Positions 23,328-37,566 of a DNA stretch of 64,000 nucleotides are shown in pieces; position 1 is the stretch's first letter, and each line of letters starts with the position of its first letter. Origin of the DNA: Squalus acanthias (taxonomy: Eukaryota). The notes below the pieces were generated by a model. That model saw only the letters and a program-made list of their open reading frames with translations, was not told where the DNA came from and searched no databases. The stretch spans positions 32,676,001 through 32,740,000 of the forward strand of contig CM059432.1 of NCBI GenBank assembly GCA_030390025.1. Reading direction: 5' to 3'. The position numbers and the translations under genes are program-made.

Positions 23328-24498
23328 TTATATCTAGGAATATTTAAGCCCAATCCTGCCCTTTTTTGAGCCAAGTCTCTGTTATCACCACAATATCAAA
23401 TTCCCATGTGGCTATTTGCGTCTGCAGCTCACCAACCTTATTTACCATGCTTCGTGCATTTACACACATGCACTATAAACCGGTCTTAGATCTTCTTGTA
23501 TTCTCTCTCAGTCTGACCCCACCTAACACCTCACTATTTCTTACTCTAGTGCTATCTGTTTCTCCCCATCCTTTGTGCACTTTGTTTCTCCTTTCTAATG
23601 CTACATCCTGGTGTCCATTCCCCTGCCAAATTAGTTTAAACCCTCCCCAACATTACTTATTCTTCAACCAACATTACTAAAACAGATTACCTCATTGTTT
23701 GTGGGACTGCGCTGTATGCAAATTGGCTGCTGAGTTTCCCTACATTAAAACAGACTACGCTTCAAAATATTGGCTGTGAAACACTTTGGGACTGAGGTTG
23801 TAAAAGGTGATATATGAATGCCATTTATTTCTTTCTTTTACAGCTTCTTGTTCCTTTGTCTTAACATTTAAAAGATTTAGCAATGACCCACCCATATTTT
23901 CTGCTTTGATATCCTTTTACTTTGGCAAATATTACCAAGAAAGTACATATTTGATTTGGAAATAACTCAACTTTTCCAATCTTCAACTACAAGAAGAGAC
24001 TAAGGAAGCTGAGAATGCTTACAAAGACAAAACAAGGGAAAACTGATCAAAGCTTTCAAGATTTTCAAATAAGCTGAACTCTGATAAATTGTTTGACATA
24101 TCCACAAACCTTGTAACCAGAGGTACATACTCTCTTAGAAGAGAGAAGGTTAGCACACATTTTCAATTTAATGACTTCACACAGAGGCTGGTAAACACAA
24201 AGAACAGACTGCCCAGGGAGCTGAACAGTGTTGGCAAATTCCAGAGGTAACTTACGAAAGAAGCAATTGGATAGTTCGAGTAAAGTGTAATTTTTAAATT
24301 AATTAAATTTAAATATTTTGAACTTTGGGACTGGCCAATTGGATCACAATGGTCGTTTTGGTTCTGTACATTGCTATAAATATGTAGTAGAATCATAGAA
24401 ATTTACGGCACAGAAGGAGGCCATTCAACCCATCGTGTCTGTGCCAGGAATTATCTTCAGAAACTAAATATAATCTATCGATAAAATATAATTTTGCG

Positions 24499-25035
24499 TT
24501 GTTACAATTCTGGGCACCGCACTTTAGGAAGGATGTGAAGGCCTTAGAAAGGGTGCAGACAAGATTTACGAGAATGATTACAGGGATGAGGGACTTCAGT
24601 TACGTGGATAGACTGGAGAAGCTGGGGTTGTTCTCCTTGGAGCAGAGAAGATTGAGAGGAGATTTGATAGAGGTGTTCAAAATTATGAGGGGTCTGGACA
24701 GAGTAGATAGAGAGAAACTGTTCCCATTGGCAGAAGGGTCGAGAACCAGAGGACACAGGTTTAAGGTGATTGGCAAAAGAACCAAAGGCGACATAAGAAA
24801 AATCTTTTTTACGCAGCGAGTGGTTAGGATCCGGAATGCACTCCCTGTCCCTGGTGGAGGCAGACTCAATCACAGCTTTCAAAAGGGAGTTGGGTCAGTA
24901 CCTGAAGGAAAAAAATTTGCAGGGCTACGGGGAAACAGCAGGGGAGTGGGACTAGCTGAAGTGCACTTGCAGAGAGCCGGCCCGGGCTTGATGGGCCGAA
25001 TGGCCTTCTTCGGTGCAGTAACCATTCTATGATTA
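24499..25035 (+). mobile_element. CR1 LINE 3' fragment
   Basis: QFWAPHFRKDVKALERVQ...RTRGHRFKVIGKR; attctatgatt tail. Confidence 0.88.
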
Positions 25036-25436
25036 GATATCTTAAGTACACTTAATAGAGCTGATTTTCCACTGGGGTACAGCAACATGGGTTCAGCAGC
25101 CCCAGCACCTTATGAAGTTGTCTTTTTTCACATATAATTCTGGACCCCTAGCCATGAGTGGTGGCAGGCTCTTTGATCATAGTAGGCATAGGTATCGCTG
25201 CTGCATCTGATCTTGTCTCCACCCGATGTCTACCCATGAAAATTGCAGCAGAGAGAGGGGTCACTGGACAGAAAATAGCAGTCAAATGCCTGACTGATTT
25301 CCCCCCTACTTAGGCTAGGGAGGTTGAGGATAACTACAGTGCAACTGTTAGTTCATTTGAGATCAACTAACTCAGTATAATCAGTTAACGCAGGGAATGA
25401 ACCTATTACAGGTATTTTACCAAAACTACTCATGAT

Positions 25437-25996
25437 GGGGGGAATTTTAACCCCAAAAAACAGGTGCATTGGGGCCAGATGGGAGGTTAAAGTGTTAAAA
25501 ACCTGAATCTGGACCCCAACCCACCCACTTCCGGTTTTAACGGAAGCGGGTTGGCACTTTAAATATTATAATGAGGCTGGAAGCCTCAGATTTAACACAA
25601 TGTGACCAGCTGGGGTTCCCGGGCCTCAGGATTCCCGGCAGCTGCAGCGAGGAGAGGACAGCCTCGGGAAGCAATGCTTGTGGGCTGGGAGGAGCAGGAG
25701 TGCTTCCTCCTGGCGCCTCCAAGCCCTCCCGCCCCAGGGTCGGGGACCGGACTCCGCCCCCCTTCCCCCCTCCCCCCGGGACTTGCACCTACCTGTGGTG
25801 CGGCCTCTTGTCCAGTGTTCACTGCCCAACTGGAAGCCAGTCTGTCAATCAGGTTGACTTCCGGGCGGGGAATATGCCTGTGATGTCACACGCACATTGT
25901 GGAGTTAAGCATGCGGGGAAACCTAGACTACCGGATTTCCCACACTCTACCGGGCACCCCCCACTCCCGGCAGGTGTAAACGTAAACATTGCGGCC
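25437..25996. mobile_element. GC-rich Harbinger-type MITE, diverged
   Basis: GGGGGGAATTTTAAC start and ...AAACATTGCGGCC end; CpG-rich interior in an AT-rich background. Confidence 0.55.
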
Positions 25997-26758
25997 AATA
26001 TTTCCAACTTTGTAACCTCATAATTTCTTTCTATGAAGCACACATATTCTACACTTCAAATGCACAATCATCTGCAATGGTGTATGTGTATCTATCTCCA
26101 GCAACTGTAGCACAATATATGATAGACTTTTCAAAAATATATGACTTTTTAAAATTCCAGGTCGACCAATGTGGTGTGCCAATAACACATGCAAACAAGG
26201 AAGGTCTGAGCCCTGGTCTGTACTGAGTTAGTCTATTAAAGTTGGAGTGCTATAATTGGTCTGTGGTCCTGGAGGGAGAGGAAATTAGCAACGGTCATGT
26301 ACCTGGTTCAACAGTCCACGTGGCATACATACAGAGCACACTACAAGCAGCTACACATCGGTAAATGGATGGTGGCTACTAAGCGGCGGTATATGTGACT
26401 ACGCAATACGAAGTATACATATTTTATAAAAAGGGCTCATCTTCTCTAGCCCCTCCCCATTTTTCACATCTCCTCTCTCCTCTAGGTGGAGTATGGTTTC
26501 AGAGCACCAAGTCCCTGGCACAATATCCAAATGGCTAATCTTCACATCTGAGCTCCAATCACAACCTACAAAATCAACAGAAGAATGGTCCTGATATTCT
26601 TCCTGGTGTATAAGGTTCAGTATGACACTCACTGGGCCACTAAGGAGTCAAGATTAACTATTAAATGAAAATCGCTTTCCAAATCTTACACATTCAAGTA
26701 TTTTTATTCTGTATCAAAACAGTTTCACCTAAACATGATGACAAGTCACAAGAAATAC

Positions 26759-26853
26759 CTGAATAGCCGGAACCAGGGTAAAGTAACCAATCAGTATGAT
26801 AACGAGTTCAGTAGCCATGTTCTTCATAATGGACCAACTTTCATTGCTCAAAC
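26759..26853 (-). CDS. SCAP: SCAP coding exon (approx. human exon 10), sterol-sensing domain TM5
   Basis: gtctag|GT TTG ... ATT CAG|gtattt; (G)[31 protein letters not shown]; 95 nt. Confidence 0.97.
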
Positions 26854-28614
26854 CTAGACAATTATAAATTACAGATTTATTAACAAAATGTTAAGGATAT
26901 AGAAATCCACCTAAAAGTACTTTATATCAGTTGAGTACACCAAACTATTATATCCATAAACTCGTTACTTGATGTTTTTCCCCTGGTACTGAATTTGCAA
27001 CCCAGAGATCATGAGTTCGCAAGCTGTGAAAATGAATTTAATTAATCTGGTAATATGTGGGCTGAGACCAGAAGAAAAAATAAACATGAAAACCGTGGGA
27101 TTGTCAAAAAAAAACAACAGGTCTACTAATGTCCTTCAGAGAAGGTAAACTGCCACGATTGCCTCATCCCGCCTACATGTGACTCTAATCCCACACTACA
27201 TGGTTGGCTCTTAATGTCCTCTGACGTCACTTTGCAAACCACTCAGTTGTAAAAACATCACATCAAGAAGACAGCCCACCACCAACTTTTCAGGGCAACT
27301 AGAGATGGGCAATAAATGCTGTCTTGCCAGTATCATCCACCTCCCAAGAACAAATTAATTAAAAAAAAATCAGTATTCCAACACTTATTTAAAATCACAA
27401 GATATATACCAATGCGGGGAGGGCGGTCTTCAGCCCATTCGATTTAATACTTCCAGAATGCTATCCCAAATATCTTCTCATTACAGCATCTAGCTGTTTA
27501 TTAAATAAGTCGCGTCATGACCTCTACCATGATCACCCAAAACAATCCAATGGGAAAATATCATCAGGTAAAGTTGAATCGCTAATACATTTATTTAAAA
27601 AGGATGATTTGTTTAGTTACAGTAAGTCTAACAAGGGACCTTTAATTAATCAGATGGATCAATTGATTGCTATTTCAGCATTTGTGACAGATAGTGAACC
27701 CACTTATTGTTAATATGAGAAATGCCTTGGAGTGGGTACAAGACAGTAATGGAATGGAATGACTCAGAGATAATAAAATCAGAAAAAACCTCAAGTTTTA
27801 AATACACACCAGTTTGTCACTGAAGCACAGTCACCAAATTAGGTAGGTTGTAAACATCTGAACTTTTTAATTACAGTATTTTAAGATTTTCACAAAAGTT
27901 AGAGTTAGGGCATTATTTAAATGCCATCTCCTTTAGTACTTTCTGCATCTAAATTGCACTGAAATAATTCCACTGACTAAAGCAGCTGAGCTGGAGGTTA
28001 TAATTGATGAGGAAGTGTCAAACCTGAGCGAACAGATTGAGACAAACACTTGAGTTCTCAACAGAAGACTAATAAAAAGACAGCAGCAAAGCAGCTTGCT
28101 CCTAACAATACAACAATTTGCAATCAACACAATGGCACCATTTCAGATCACAATCCGATTTCAGTAAATACTTATAACCCAGTAATGCATGCTTTTCTAG
28201 TTACGAGAAAGCAATGCATTTTATTTTTAGGATAGATGTAAAAGTCCCTGCATCCAACATCATAAGGCTGTAATGCTGCCCTTGCCATCACATGATGCAA
28301 AACCACAAAGCAAAGACACCAGTACAAAATTTCACAAGCCTCCAGCAATGTCAGAGATTAGAATTATGCCTCTGCCACTCCACCAAAGCACAGTACTCAT
28401 GTGGGACAGACTCTCAAATTTGGGATCAATTGATGAAGGGAGTTGGATCTGATAAGAAGGGAGGTTGATGGTTATCGAGATAGTAACAGCACAGTTGATT
28501 TTTTTCAGAAGAAGTAGAGGAAGTAATTTAGTGTTCCTTAAATTAGGAGATCACCAAGTAGGACAAGTACCTTGTAAAATAATCATACAAGGAATCCAAA
28601 TGAAGCAGACTTGG

Positions 28615-29650
28615 ACTTTTTTTAAATATTCATTCACGGGATGTGGGCATCTTATTGCCCATCCCTAATTGCCCTCAAGAAGGTGGTGGTGAGCCGCCTT
28701 CTTGGACTGCTGCAGTCTGTATGGTAAGGTACTCCCAGTGCTGTTAGGTAGGGAGTTCCAGGATTTGAACCCAGTGACAATGAAGGAATGGCGATATATT
28801 TCCAAGTCAGGATAGTGTGCGACTTTGAGGGGATCTCTGAGGTGGTGGTGTTCCCATGTGCCTGCTGCCCTCGTCCTTCTAGGTGGTAGAGGTCGCAGGT
28901 TTGGGAGGTGCTGTCGAAGTAGCCTTGACGAGTTGCTGCAGCGGATCTTGTAGATGGTCCACACTGCAGACACGTTGCGCCGGTGGTGGAGGGAGTGAAT
29001 GTTTAAGGTGATGGATGGAGTGCCAATCAAGGGGGCTGCTTTGTCCTGGATGGTGTCGAGCTTCTTGAGTGTTGTTGGAGCTGCACTCATCCAGGCAAGC
29101 AGAGAGTATTCCATCACACGCCCGACGTGCTTTGTAGATGGTTAAAAAGGCATTGGCGAGTCAGGAGGTGAGTCACTCGCCGCAGAATACCCAGCCTCTG
29201 ACCTCTTCTTGTAGCCACAGTATTTACTGTATGTGGCTGGTCCAGTTAAGTTTCTGGTCAATGGCGACTCCCAGGATGTTGATGGTGGGGATTCGACGAT
29301 GGTAATGCCATTAAATGTCATGGGGAGATGGTTAGACTTTCTCTTGTTGGAGATGGTCATTGTCTGGCACTTGTGTGGCACGAATATTTCTTGCCACTTA
29401 TCAACCCAAGCCTAAATGTTGTCCAGGCCTTGCTGCATGCGGGCACAGACTGCTTCATTATCTGAACACTGTGCAATCATCAGCAAACATCCCCACTTCT
29501 GACCTTATGATGGAGGGAAGGTCATTGATGAAGCAGCTGAAGATGGCTGGGCTTAGGACACTGCCCTGAGGAACTCCTGCAGCAATGTCCTGGGGCTGAG
29601 ATGAATGGCCTCCACCAACCACAACCATCTTCCTTTGTGCTAGGTATGGA
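28615..29650 (-). mobile_element. Non-LTR retrotransposon 3' fragment, RTE-X-like (tentative)
   Basis: MEYSLLAWMSAAPTTLKKLDTIQDKAA...SLHHRR; same family as 40900-41378. Confidence 0.75.
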
Positions 29651-30709
29651 CTGAAAGATCTTTTTTTGCTCTGGGATTTGTTATGTTATCATGTCAAAAC
29701 ATGTTAGAAATACTTCAGGTTAGCAAGTAAACAAAAAATAGTGGAGAGGGGGAATGCTCTTAAACAACTTTATGACTAGCCCCATGAAGACAATAGATCA
29801 GATTTTCAGTGTGTTGTGTTTATCCAACTCAAGCTGCACCAGAATTAGGTGGACCAGGCCATTCATGTGACCCAGTCGTCCTCTGGTTGTGCTTTGCACT
29901 GGGAAATGGGATGGTAAGAGGAGCACAGCTCGGTTATTGCTAGTGCAGACCCAACTCCTGAAATTCGAGGTGGCAACATAAAAAGTGCCTGAGGAAATAC
30001 ACTCATTTTGAAACATCTCTACAAACCTATTGGCCTTATAGTACAGCTGTAATTTTACAGGAGACGACAATTCTATGCTTAAGTATAATATACATACTTA
30101 CCCACAGTATCAACTTTGCCCCAAGATTCTTTTATTTATGTAACTTTAGTTCCCTTTGTAAACTTTGTGTCTATAAATTTGTTTAATCTGACATATCTCA
30201 CCAAAATTCATAATATAGTTCAGCACTATACTTTAATAATAGCTCACCTGCCATTTGTTTCATTTCATCAAGCTCTTTTGCATAATATATCCACACAGAC
30301 TTTCCCAGAATAAGGCTTCACTAGATCTGGCTGCTAGCTGTCTGGGCTGTTTGGGGAAAGAGAATTGCTGAACAAGAAATACTGAAAATGCTGGCACTGC
30401 ACAGCAGCTTAGTCAATAATAAGCTAATGTTTTGGGTGGGATCCTTAAATTAGAACTAACAAAGTATCCCACCCAAAACTTCAACCCATCTCTCCCTTTT
30501 TATCATCAATTACTGCTGTGTTTTTCCAGCTTTCATTTTTTTTAATCTGCACTAACCAAGGAGAGAGGCTAACTGCCAGTAAATAACCACCTTGAAATGT
30601 ATAGGTCCAAAAATGAGAAAAGTTGCTTGGGGCAAGCTGATGGTGGTAGTTGGGGAGGGGTAAAACAAGGCATATATAACTACAAATAATATATATATAT
30701 TTTTTTTAC

Positions 30710-30822
30710 CTTGTGCTATTCGTATTTTGACTTCAAGGTCTACAGGGGTGGAGACAACCGACTTAGTGAGAACAAGCACATTCTCCAGACCAATGACCAC
30801 AACCAGGTATGGAAAGATCTCC
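30710..30822 (-). CDS. SCAP: SCAP coding exon (approx. human exon 9), sterol-sensing domain TM4
   Basis: ttcaaag|G GAG ... CAA G|gtaaaa; [37 protein letters not shown](G); 113 nt. Confidence 0.97.
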
Positions 30823-31029
30823 CTTTGAAAAGCAAAAAACAAACAAGGGAATTAAAAACTACATCATCAGGGACATGACTTAGATGTGTGGCCAATAAGC
30901 AAAAAGCTAAACATGCGACAGCATCTTTTCACAAGTGTTGGTGGTATAATAATAACAACCACAAGCAGGCTCAGCAACCTCAATCTAAATACTGAACGAA
31001 GTGAACTTGTGCAAAAGCTTTCACTGAGC

Positions 31030-31620
31030 AAGAACAGAATGGGGCAGGAAATGCTCATAATGGGAGACCCACCTCCTGCTCCCTTGAACCCCTTCTTACT
31101 AAACTACCGACCACACAACTTCCTTCCTAGCCCTTATGCTAGCTGACATTGTAAATGGTTCCCACTCTTCATTGTCCCCTTCCCTTTCAAAACCACTGTC
31201 ATCACGCTGTCCTCAAAAAAGCACACCTTCGACCGTTCTGTCCTTGCAAAGTACTGCCCATCTCCAACCTCCTTTTTCTCTCAAATCTGTGCCCATCTCT
31301 TCTGCAGCTCCCTGTTTCCGCCCGTACCACAGCTCCGAGACCCTAATCAAAGTCACAAATGACATCTCCTGTGACTGTGGTGCGTTATATCTCCTTGTCT
31401 TTTCTACAGCCTTTCACAGTCGACTAGATCATCCTCCTCCAACGCCTTTCCTCCAATGTCCAGCTTAGTGGGACTACCCTCGCTTGGTTCCACTCTTACC
31501 AATCCAATCGTAGCCAGAGCTTCTCCAGCAATGACTTCTCTTTTGTTCCCACACCATTATTTCCGAAGTCCGCATATTTGCTACAACTTCGTTCCTTCAT
31601 GGCCATTATCTCAGACTGAA
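31030..31620 (+). mobile_element. L2-clade LINE RT fragment, degraded
   Basis: FRPYHSSETLIKVTNDI motif. Confidence 0.65.
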
Positions 31621-31661
31621 CCAGACTGTTCGCAACCTCAGCGGGAAGACCCAAAAACAAG

Positions 31662-32492
31662 GGGCTGGATTTTGATACTGGGGACGTGATGGAGGCGGGA
31701 CTCCCACTTTTTGGGTTGTAGTCCCGCCTCCATCGACTTGTGGCCAACCCACTGCATTTTCACTTGATTGACCTTGTTGAGCCCGCCCAGCGAGCTCAGC
31801 AGGCCAATTAAGGGCCACCCAGCAACAGATGACGTCACAGATTGACATTTCATCTGTCAAGAGCTTTTGACAGATGAAATATCAGCGTTTGACAGCTCTG
31901 TGAAGCTGTCAAACACTGACAATCTGTCTTCTAACTTGAGTCCTTCCTCTCAGGCTGAGTTAGAAATCATTCCAGCACAGAAAACAGAACTGCAGTTTTT
32001 GACAGCTCCATGGCCATTTGTTTTCTGTGCCGGTGAGATTTCTGACTCCCGAGACCTGAAGGGCTGACACCTGCAGGAGGAAGTTAAGGTAAGTAAAACT
32101 TTTTCCCACACTTTACACTTACCTTACACACTTACCTCTGCGCACATGCACTCATCACTCACCTGCCCACCGGACATATCGATCCCTCCAACCCCTGCAG
32201 ACCCACGGTCCACTTCACTAACTTGGCGTGGTTGGGACCTGTCGGGAAGCCCACATTTCACGCATCAAAATAGGGATTAGGCAAAAAACTGCCTGTTAAC
32301 TACCTGTTAACAGGCAGTTTATTGCCACTAATCCCCTTCCCGCCTCGGGGAGGCGGGTCCCAGCACAGGTCGGGTACCCGCCTCCAGCGAAACTGGCATG
32401 GAGGCGGGTTGGGTTCGGGACCCCCGAATCTGTAACTTTAACCCTCCACACGCCTCCAAACCCGTCCCCACGGGTCAATGAAAATCCAGCCC
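31662..32492. mobile_element. Harbinger-type MITE
   Basis: Perfect 12-bp TIR GGGCTGGATTTT / AAAATCCAGCCC; TSD AAG on both sides. Confidence 0.88.
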
Positions 32493-32656
32493 AAGTTCTC
32501 TGCCACTAACCTGAGCGAATCTTGCACGTTTACTTTGATATTGCTGCTGGCTGTGCAATTCCGGCACGTTAGCAGTTGGGAACATTAGCACAATGCTAAA
32601 CCAATATAAAAGGAGTTTATGTTAACACTAGATTAAGACTCTTAATTGACACTTAC

Positions 32657-32783
32657 CCTCCATTCAAAGTAGGTGTAAGGCCAAAAAGTGTGCACAGACC
32701 GACCGACATAAGGAGGGAGCTCAAAACAGTTGCCACTGCTGCAAGTGCAAGACCCCATTTTGATTTCACCATGTCAATCTTCC
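32657..32783 (-). CDS. SCAP: SCAP coding exon (approx. human exon 8), sterol-sensing domain TM3
   Basis: ttacag|GG AAG ... GGA GG|gtaagt; (R)[41 protein letters not shown](G); 127 nt. Confidence 0.97.
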
Positions 32784-33850
32784 CTGTAAAGTTACAACAC
32801 ATCATACAAAAAGATCGAAACAAAAAAAAATGAATTAAACCAAACTTCTATTGAAGAAAAGAATACTGAGGGAGATATTATGCAGATTTTTACAAAAATT
32901 AAGTTATAGATAAATTCTACAATGAACAGAGAACTAGAATGACAACTACAAAACTCACAAATATGAGCATGGTTAGGAAAAACTGCTTCAGGATCAACTG
33001 GTACCTTTAAAGGGAGCTGAACTGATATCTGTTGAGAAGGGAGATTGAGGGCATACAGAAGTACTAAAACTGCTTGACTTGTTTTTCAGGGGAGGTAGGG
33101 GAAATAACTTAGCGCACTTAAAGGAGGGGATCCATAAATGGTGCTGGGAAGGGATCTGTGATAAGATAACATACGGGCACTCTTGAGGGAGTGGGCTTGA
33201 TGAGCCCTAATGAGCCTGGTTTCATTCTGACTTTGTTGTTCTTAGAATAGGAGTTGGAGAAAGATGAGACACACTGAAGCTCCAGTGCACTGCATCGGGG
33301 AATAGTAGGTGTTCACCTACAATTCCCTATACACTATGTTACACCTCAACTAACCTACTTGCTGGAGAAATTGGAGAGAAGGGAAAAATCAGGAGAGTCA
33401 GTCTGAACTACTCTCATGCATTGCCAGGGAACCAGTCATTACAGAGGTTCACAACAAATTTCAAGATACTTTTACCTAGATGTGAGAGTTTTGGGAGCGT
33501 GGTGCTATACTGACATTCCCGTGATACTCTAACTCGTTTACTTCCCCAATGTAATTTTTAAATTTTCCATTAATGGGTTCAAAGTGCCCAATATTCCTGG
33601 GTCCCTGCTCTTCTGGCAGAAGCACAGCTGAGCGAGACCCTCAGCCACCCATGGTCAGCAACGCAGACCCAATCCCCCATTGCAGGGATGGGGTCATTAC
33701 CATAATTGGGGTGGGTGGCTCATGCCCGTAAGGGCTCCATTTGCGCCAGCTACGATGCCATTCAACTCCAATGGAGGAGACTAAGGACTGGGAAGCGCGG
33801 AAGAAAGAGGCTAATTGGATTCTCCCGATAGATTCCAGATCACAACTTAC

Positions 33851-34023
33851 TGGTAGAGAAGTAAATGTATGCAAAAAGAATGATGTACGTAGTAACCAGA
33901 GGAATCAACTCAGCAATGCCGATCTCTTCTTTAAAATGAACGTGGACTATTTGATCTTCTCTCAGTGTGCTGTTCATACTAGGGTGAAGCTGCTTCAACC
34001 TCAATCGGAGACTGTTTAGGAAT
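33851..34023 (-). CDS. SCAP: SCAP coding exon (approx. human exon 7), end of loop 1 and TM2 with YIYF
   Basis: ttcag|A TTC ... ACC A|gtaagt; [57 protein letters not shown]; 173 nt. Confidence 0.97.
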
Positions 34024-35689
34024 CTGAAGAGAGACAAAATACGTAAGTTTGTATTTTAGAATATCTTTCACGGAGTAAAGGACACTTACCATATTGCAGT
34101 GAGCACTGATTATTTTATTCTGCAGCCTGCAGCAGACAGTGACAAACAATACCTTTTAAAGCTCTCAAGTTGTATCAACAATAGAAACATTTTTGGGATG
34201 GAGAGCATGGAAAATGGTTGAGGACCTTTGTGAAGCAGAGATTTAGAATGTTGTCCTTTAATTAGAATCTAACATATTGATAGTTTAAGCCTTCTTGTCC
34301 TAATGAGCACCAGGGTCCCAAGTGAAGTAAATCTGGCACAGTGTAGTTGATGTGGGAAATGGAAATGTCATCCAGAACATAAGGGACTGTTCTTTTGAGG
34401 TATGGGGCATAGGTACATTACCAGGGCAAATATTTAACAGGAAACTAGCCTAAATGAGACCCAACCTTGGATGAAAAGTAGGAAAAGTTCTATTTCACAA
34501 CACTGACAATCCTTATTTTGAGTTGCACAAAATTGATCCTGCAGCCCCCCAAAATATTTTAAAACAAAGACAAAAGCAGTAATGGTAGTTTGGTAACTGG
34601 TAATCAATTCCCAAACTGGAGACCCAAATCTGAATGCCAGTTTTAAATGACATTCACATCTGGCTTTCGCCTTCACACATTCGCCAGTGTCAACCAGGAA
34701 AAAAGAAAAATTATCCTGTTGGGGGGTGGGGTGGAAGGGTAGGAGGAAAGAAGCTTCCTCCTTCATCATGTAGGTGCCACCAGTAGATCAAACAAAGAAT
34801 AGTACTGGCTTTAGAAATGATCATAATCGGAAATGTTCCATCCACCAGATGAGGACAGAAAATTATCAATAAACCATCAAAAATAACAGTTCCTTGATTA
34901 AAATCACATCTAATACTCTGGTAAGATGGTGCTGAAACACCTGAAAATTATACCAAAATTATGCAATTTCACCATGGATACAATTTTTTGGCATTCACAC
35001 TAAGTCATCTCGTCATCCACAGAAAATGGCCAGGTTACCAGGGTCTGTGCTGTTGACAGAAGCGTATTTAAGGAGCAGTACAAGAGTATTCTGAAGTTAT
35101 TTCTTAACCTTTTTTTTCTTGTTTTGTTTGCTTGCACATAGGTGGTCATAAACCTTTGCGTCAATTTTGTGGCACTACCTTTTTCTTTGTTATGTGTACA
35201 ATGGTGACTTAATGGATTTCCCCATGGGAACCCCCGCCCCCTTATTTGTGCTTTCTGAAGGGAGAAGAGTAGGAGCAAGTGACGATGCCAAACAGGTGAG
35301 GCTGCACCACAATGGAGTACTGTACCCACCCACTGTTACCTTCCCATGTGCAAATCAGTGGCACATTTACTTGGATTTGTCCGAGGAACTCTGTCTGTGT
35401 CTAGGTTCCAATTCATCTGCGAGGCAGTGGTGGATTTGTTCTGCATCTTTTAATCTGACCTGCAGCAAAACTCCGCTATTGAGATGGCACCATCAGTGGT
35501 TGCGAAGGTCACTTCAGCCTTTTATGTCCGTTACTCATTCCAAGTATGCTATCCTATGGGGAGAGTACTGTGGCGTGCCAAACAGAGCAACTTCCTTGCA
35601 CCCAACTCGTGCATCGTAATGTCTACTGTGCCAGTCATAAAACAGGGTGTTGGGTACTGAGCTGTGTTACTTCCTTGTGGACGCTGTTT

Positions 35690-36955
35690 TTAGGGACAGA
35701 GTGCCTGAGCATTTGGAAAAATATGAGCTGATCAGAGAGAGCCAGCATGAATTCATAAAGGGTAAGTTATGTCTAACAAACCTAGTTGAAATTTTTGAGG
35801 TGGTAACTAACGTGGCAGATAAGGTAGTGTCTATGGACATTATTTATACGAACTTCCAGAAGGCATTCGATATTGGCTTGGAAAGGGAATTGGTTTGGAG
35901 GTAGGAGACCGAGAGTAGGGATAATGGGTATTTACTCAAATTGAAGGATGTGACTAGTAGTGTCCCCCAGGGATCTATACTGGGGCCTCAGCTTTCCACT
36001 ATATTTATAAATGACTTAGATAAAGGAATAGAGAGCCGTATATCTAAGTTTGCTGATGATACTAAGTTAGGTGGCACATTAAATAGTATAGATAGGAGCA
36101 GAAAGTTGCAAAGGGATATTAATAGATTAAGTGAGTGGCCAAAACTGTGGCAGATGGAGTTCAATGTGGGAAACTGTGAGGCCATCCACTCTGGACCTAA
36201 GAAAGATAGATCCAAGTATTTTCTAAATGATGAGAAGCTAGAAACTGTGGATGAGCAGAGAGATTTCGGGATCCAAGTACAGAAATCACTAAAAGCTAGT
36301 GGACAGGTACAAAAAATAATTTAAAAGGCTAATGGAATATTGGTCTTTATCTCAATAGGGCTGGAATACAAAAGTGTGGAAGTTATGTTACACCTGTACA
36401 GAGCTCTGGTTAGACCCATCTGGAGTACTCCATGCAGTTCTGGGCAATGCACCTCAGAATATACTGGTCTTGGAGGTGGTGCAGTGCAGATTCATTAGAA
36501 TGATACCGGGGCTAAAAAGGGTTAAATAATGAGGACAGGTTGCATAGATTCAGCTTGTATTCCCTTGAATATGGAAGATTAAGGGGGTGATCTAATTGAG
36601 CTGTGCAAGATGATTCGAGGATTTGACAGGGTAGATAGAGAGAAACTATTTCCTCTGGTGGGGGAGTCCAGAACAATGAGAATAACCTTAAAATTAGAGC
36701 TAGGCCATTCAGGGGTGATGTCAAAAAGCACTTCTACACACAAAGGGTAGTGAAAATCTGAAACTCTCTCCCTCACAAAGCTGTCGAGGTTAGGTCAATT
36801 AAAATTTAAAAAACTGGGATTGATAGATTTTTGTTAGGCAAGGGTATTAATGGTTATAGAATCAAGGCGAGTAGATGGAGTTAAGATATAGATCAGCCAT
36901 GATCTAACTGAATGATGGAACAGACTCGAAATGGCCCACTACTGTTCCTATGTTT
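35690..36955 (+). mobile_element. CR1 LINE RT and 3' fragment
   Basis: SQHEFIKGKLCLTNL, PQGSILGP, SKFADDTKLGG; CR1 tail. Confidence 0.88.
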
Positions 36956-37372
36956 GATATCTCCACACTGGGTTTCCTTTTACTTCATTGTTATCTTGCA
37001 CTTACTTCATGCTTTTTCCCTACAGCTTTGGCAAAGATTACCAACTGGTGGAAAAGACTTTTGAGCCTTTCCAAAGGCTCCAAGAATCTCTGTCTCTCTC
37101 CCACCATGTGGCCATTTACCTTTAGTGGCCAGATCCCTTTAAATTTCACCAGATGTATGATTTTTACGGTTCCCCCCTCCCCACAATTAAGCTATCTTCC
37201 TGCAGAAGGCCAAAGCTGCACGGCGAGTTATAAATAATTACGCAAATATTTGACCACCGAAAAGTGCATAAAGACAATTTACCTCACTTCTGCACCTAAT
37301 CATTCTGGATTGAATTTTGCTAGGACCAGAACATCTATGTAAGCCCTCTCAGCCTTTAAATAAAGAACTTAC

Positions 37373-37478
37373 CTCGAGTGGTACTCCTGCAGGATGACAG
37401 TGACTGCATAGGATACCAGCCTTTTGCGATTGTATAAGTTGACTCCACTGTGCTTCCCAGGCACTCCAAACAGCAAGT
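37373..37478 (-). CDS. SCAP: SCAP coding exon (approx. human exon 6), loop 1 including the Y234-equivalent
   Basis: gtatag|AC TTG ... TCG AG|gtaagt; (D)[34 protein letters not shown](R); 106 nt. Confidence 0.96.
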
Positions 37479-37566
37479 CTATACACATTAATTAAAAGTA
37501 TTAATTCTGTATTCTACCATTCAGAAGTGCAACCTATTCTAACAGACTGTGTTATTACATAGTGCA

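Larger units (their letters stand above)
20030..23650 (-). mobile_element. CR1 LINE remnant with nested insertions at 20222-20420 and 22610-23327
   Basis: GKKGGGVAVLVK, GVFYRPP, GDFNY, LGNSDHSII, SKFADDTKLG, LEYCVQF fragments in order on the minus strand. Confidence 0.9.

Noticed and set aside
22748..23374. Cluster of overlapping GC-rich ORFs (also 60122-60790 and 25537-26043) as genes or CpG-island promoters
   Set aside because: They lie within TIR/TSD-bounded repeated MITEs; the ORFs reflect high GC content and have no domain motifs.
35050..35690. Possible third, very old Harbinger Myb/SANT remnant on the minus strand
   Set aside because: Only vague similarity; no TIRs or convincing motif, so it cannot be supported.
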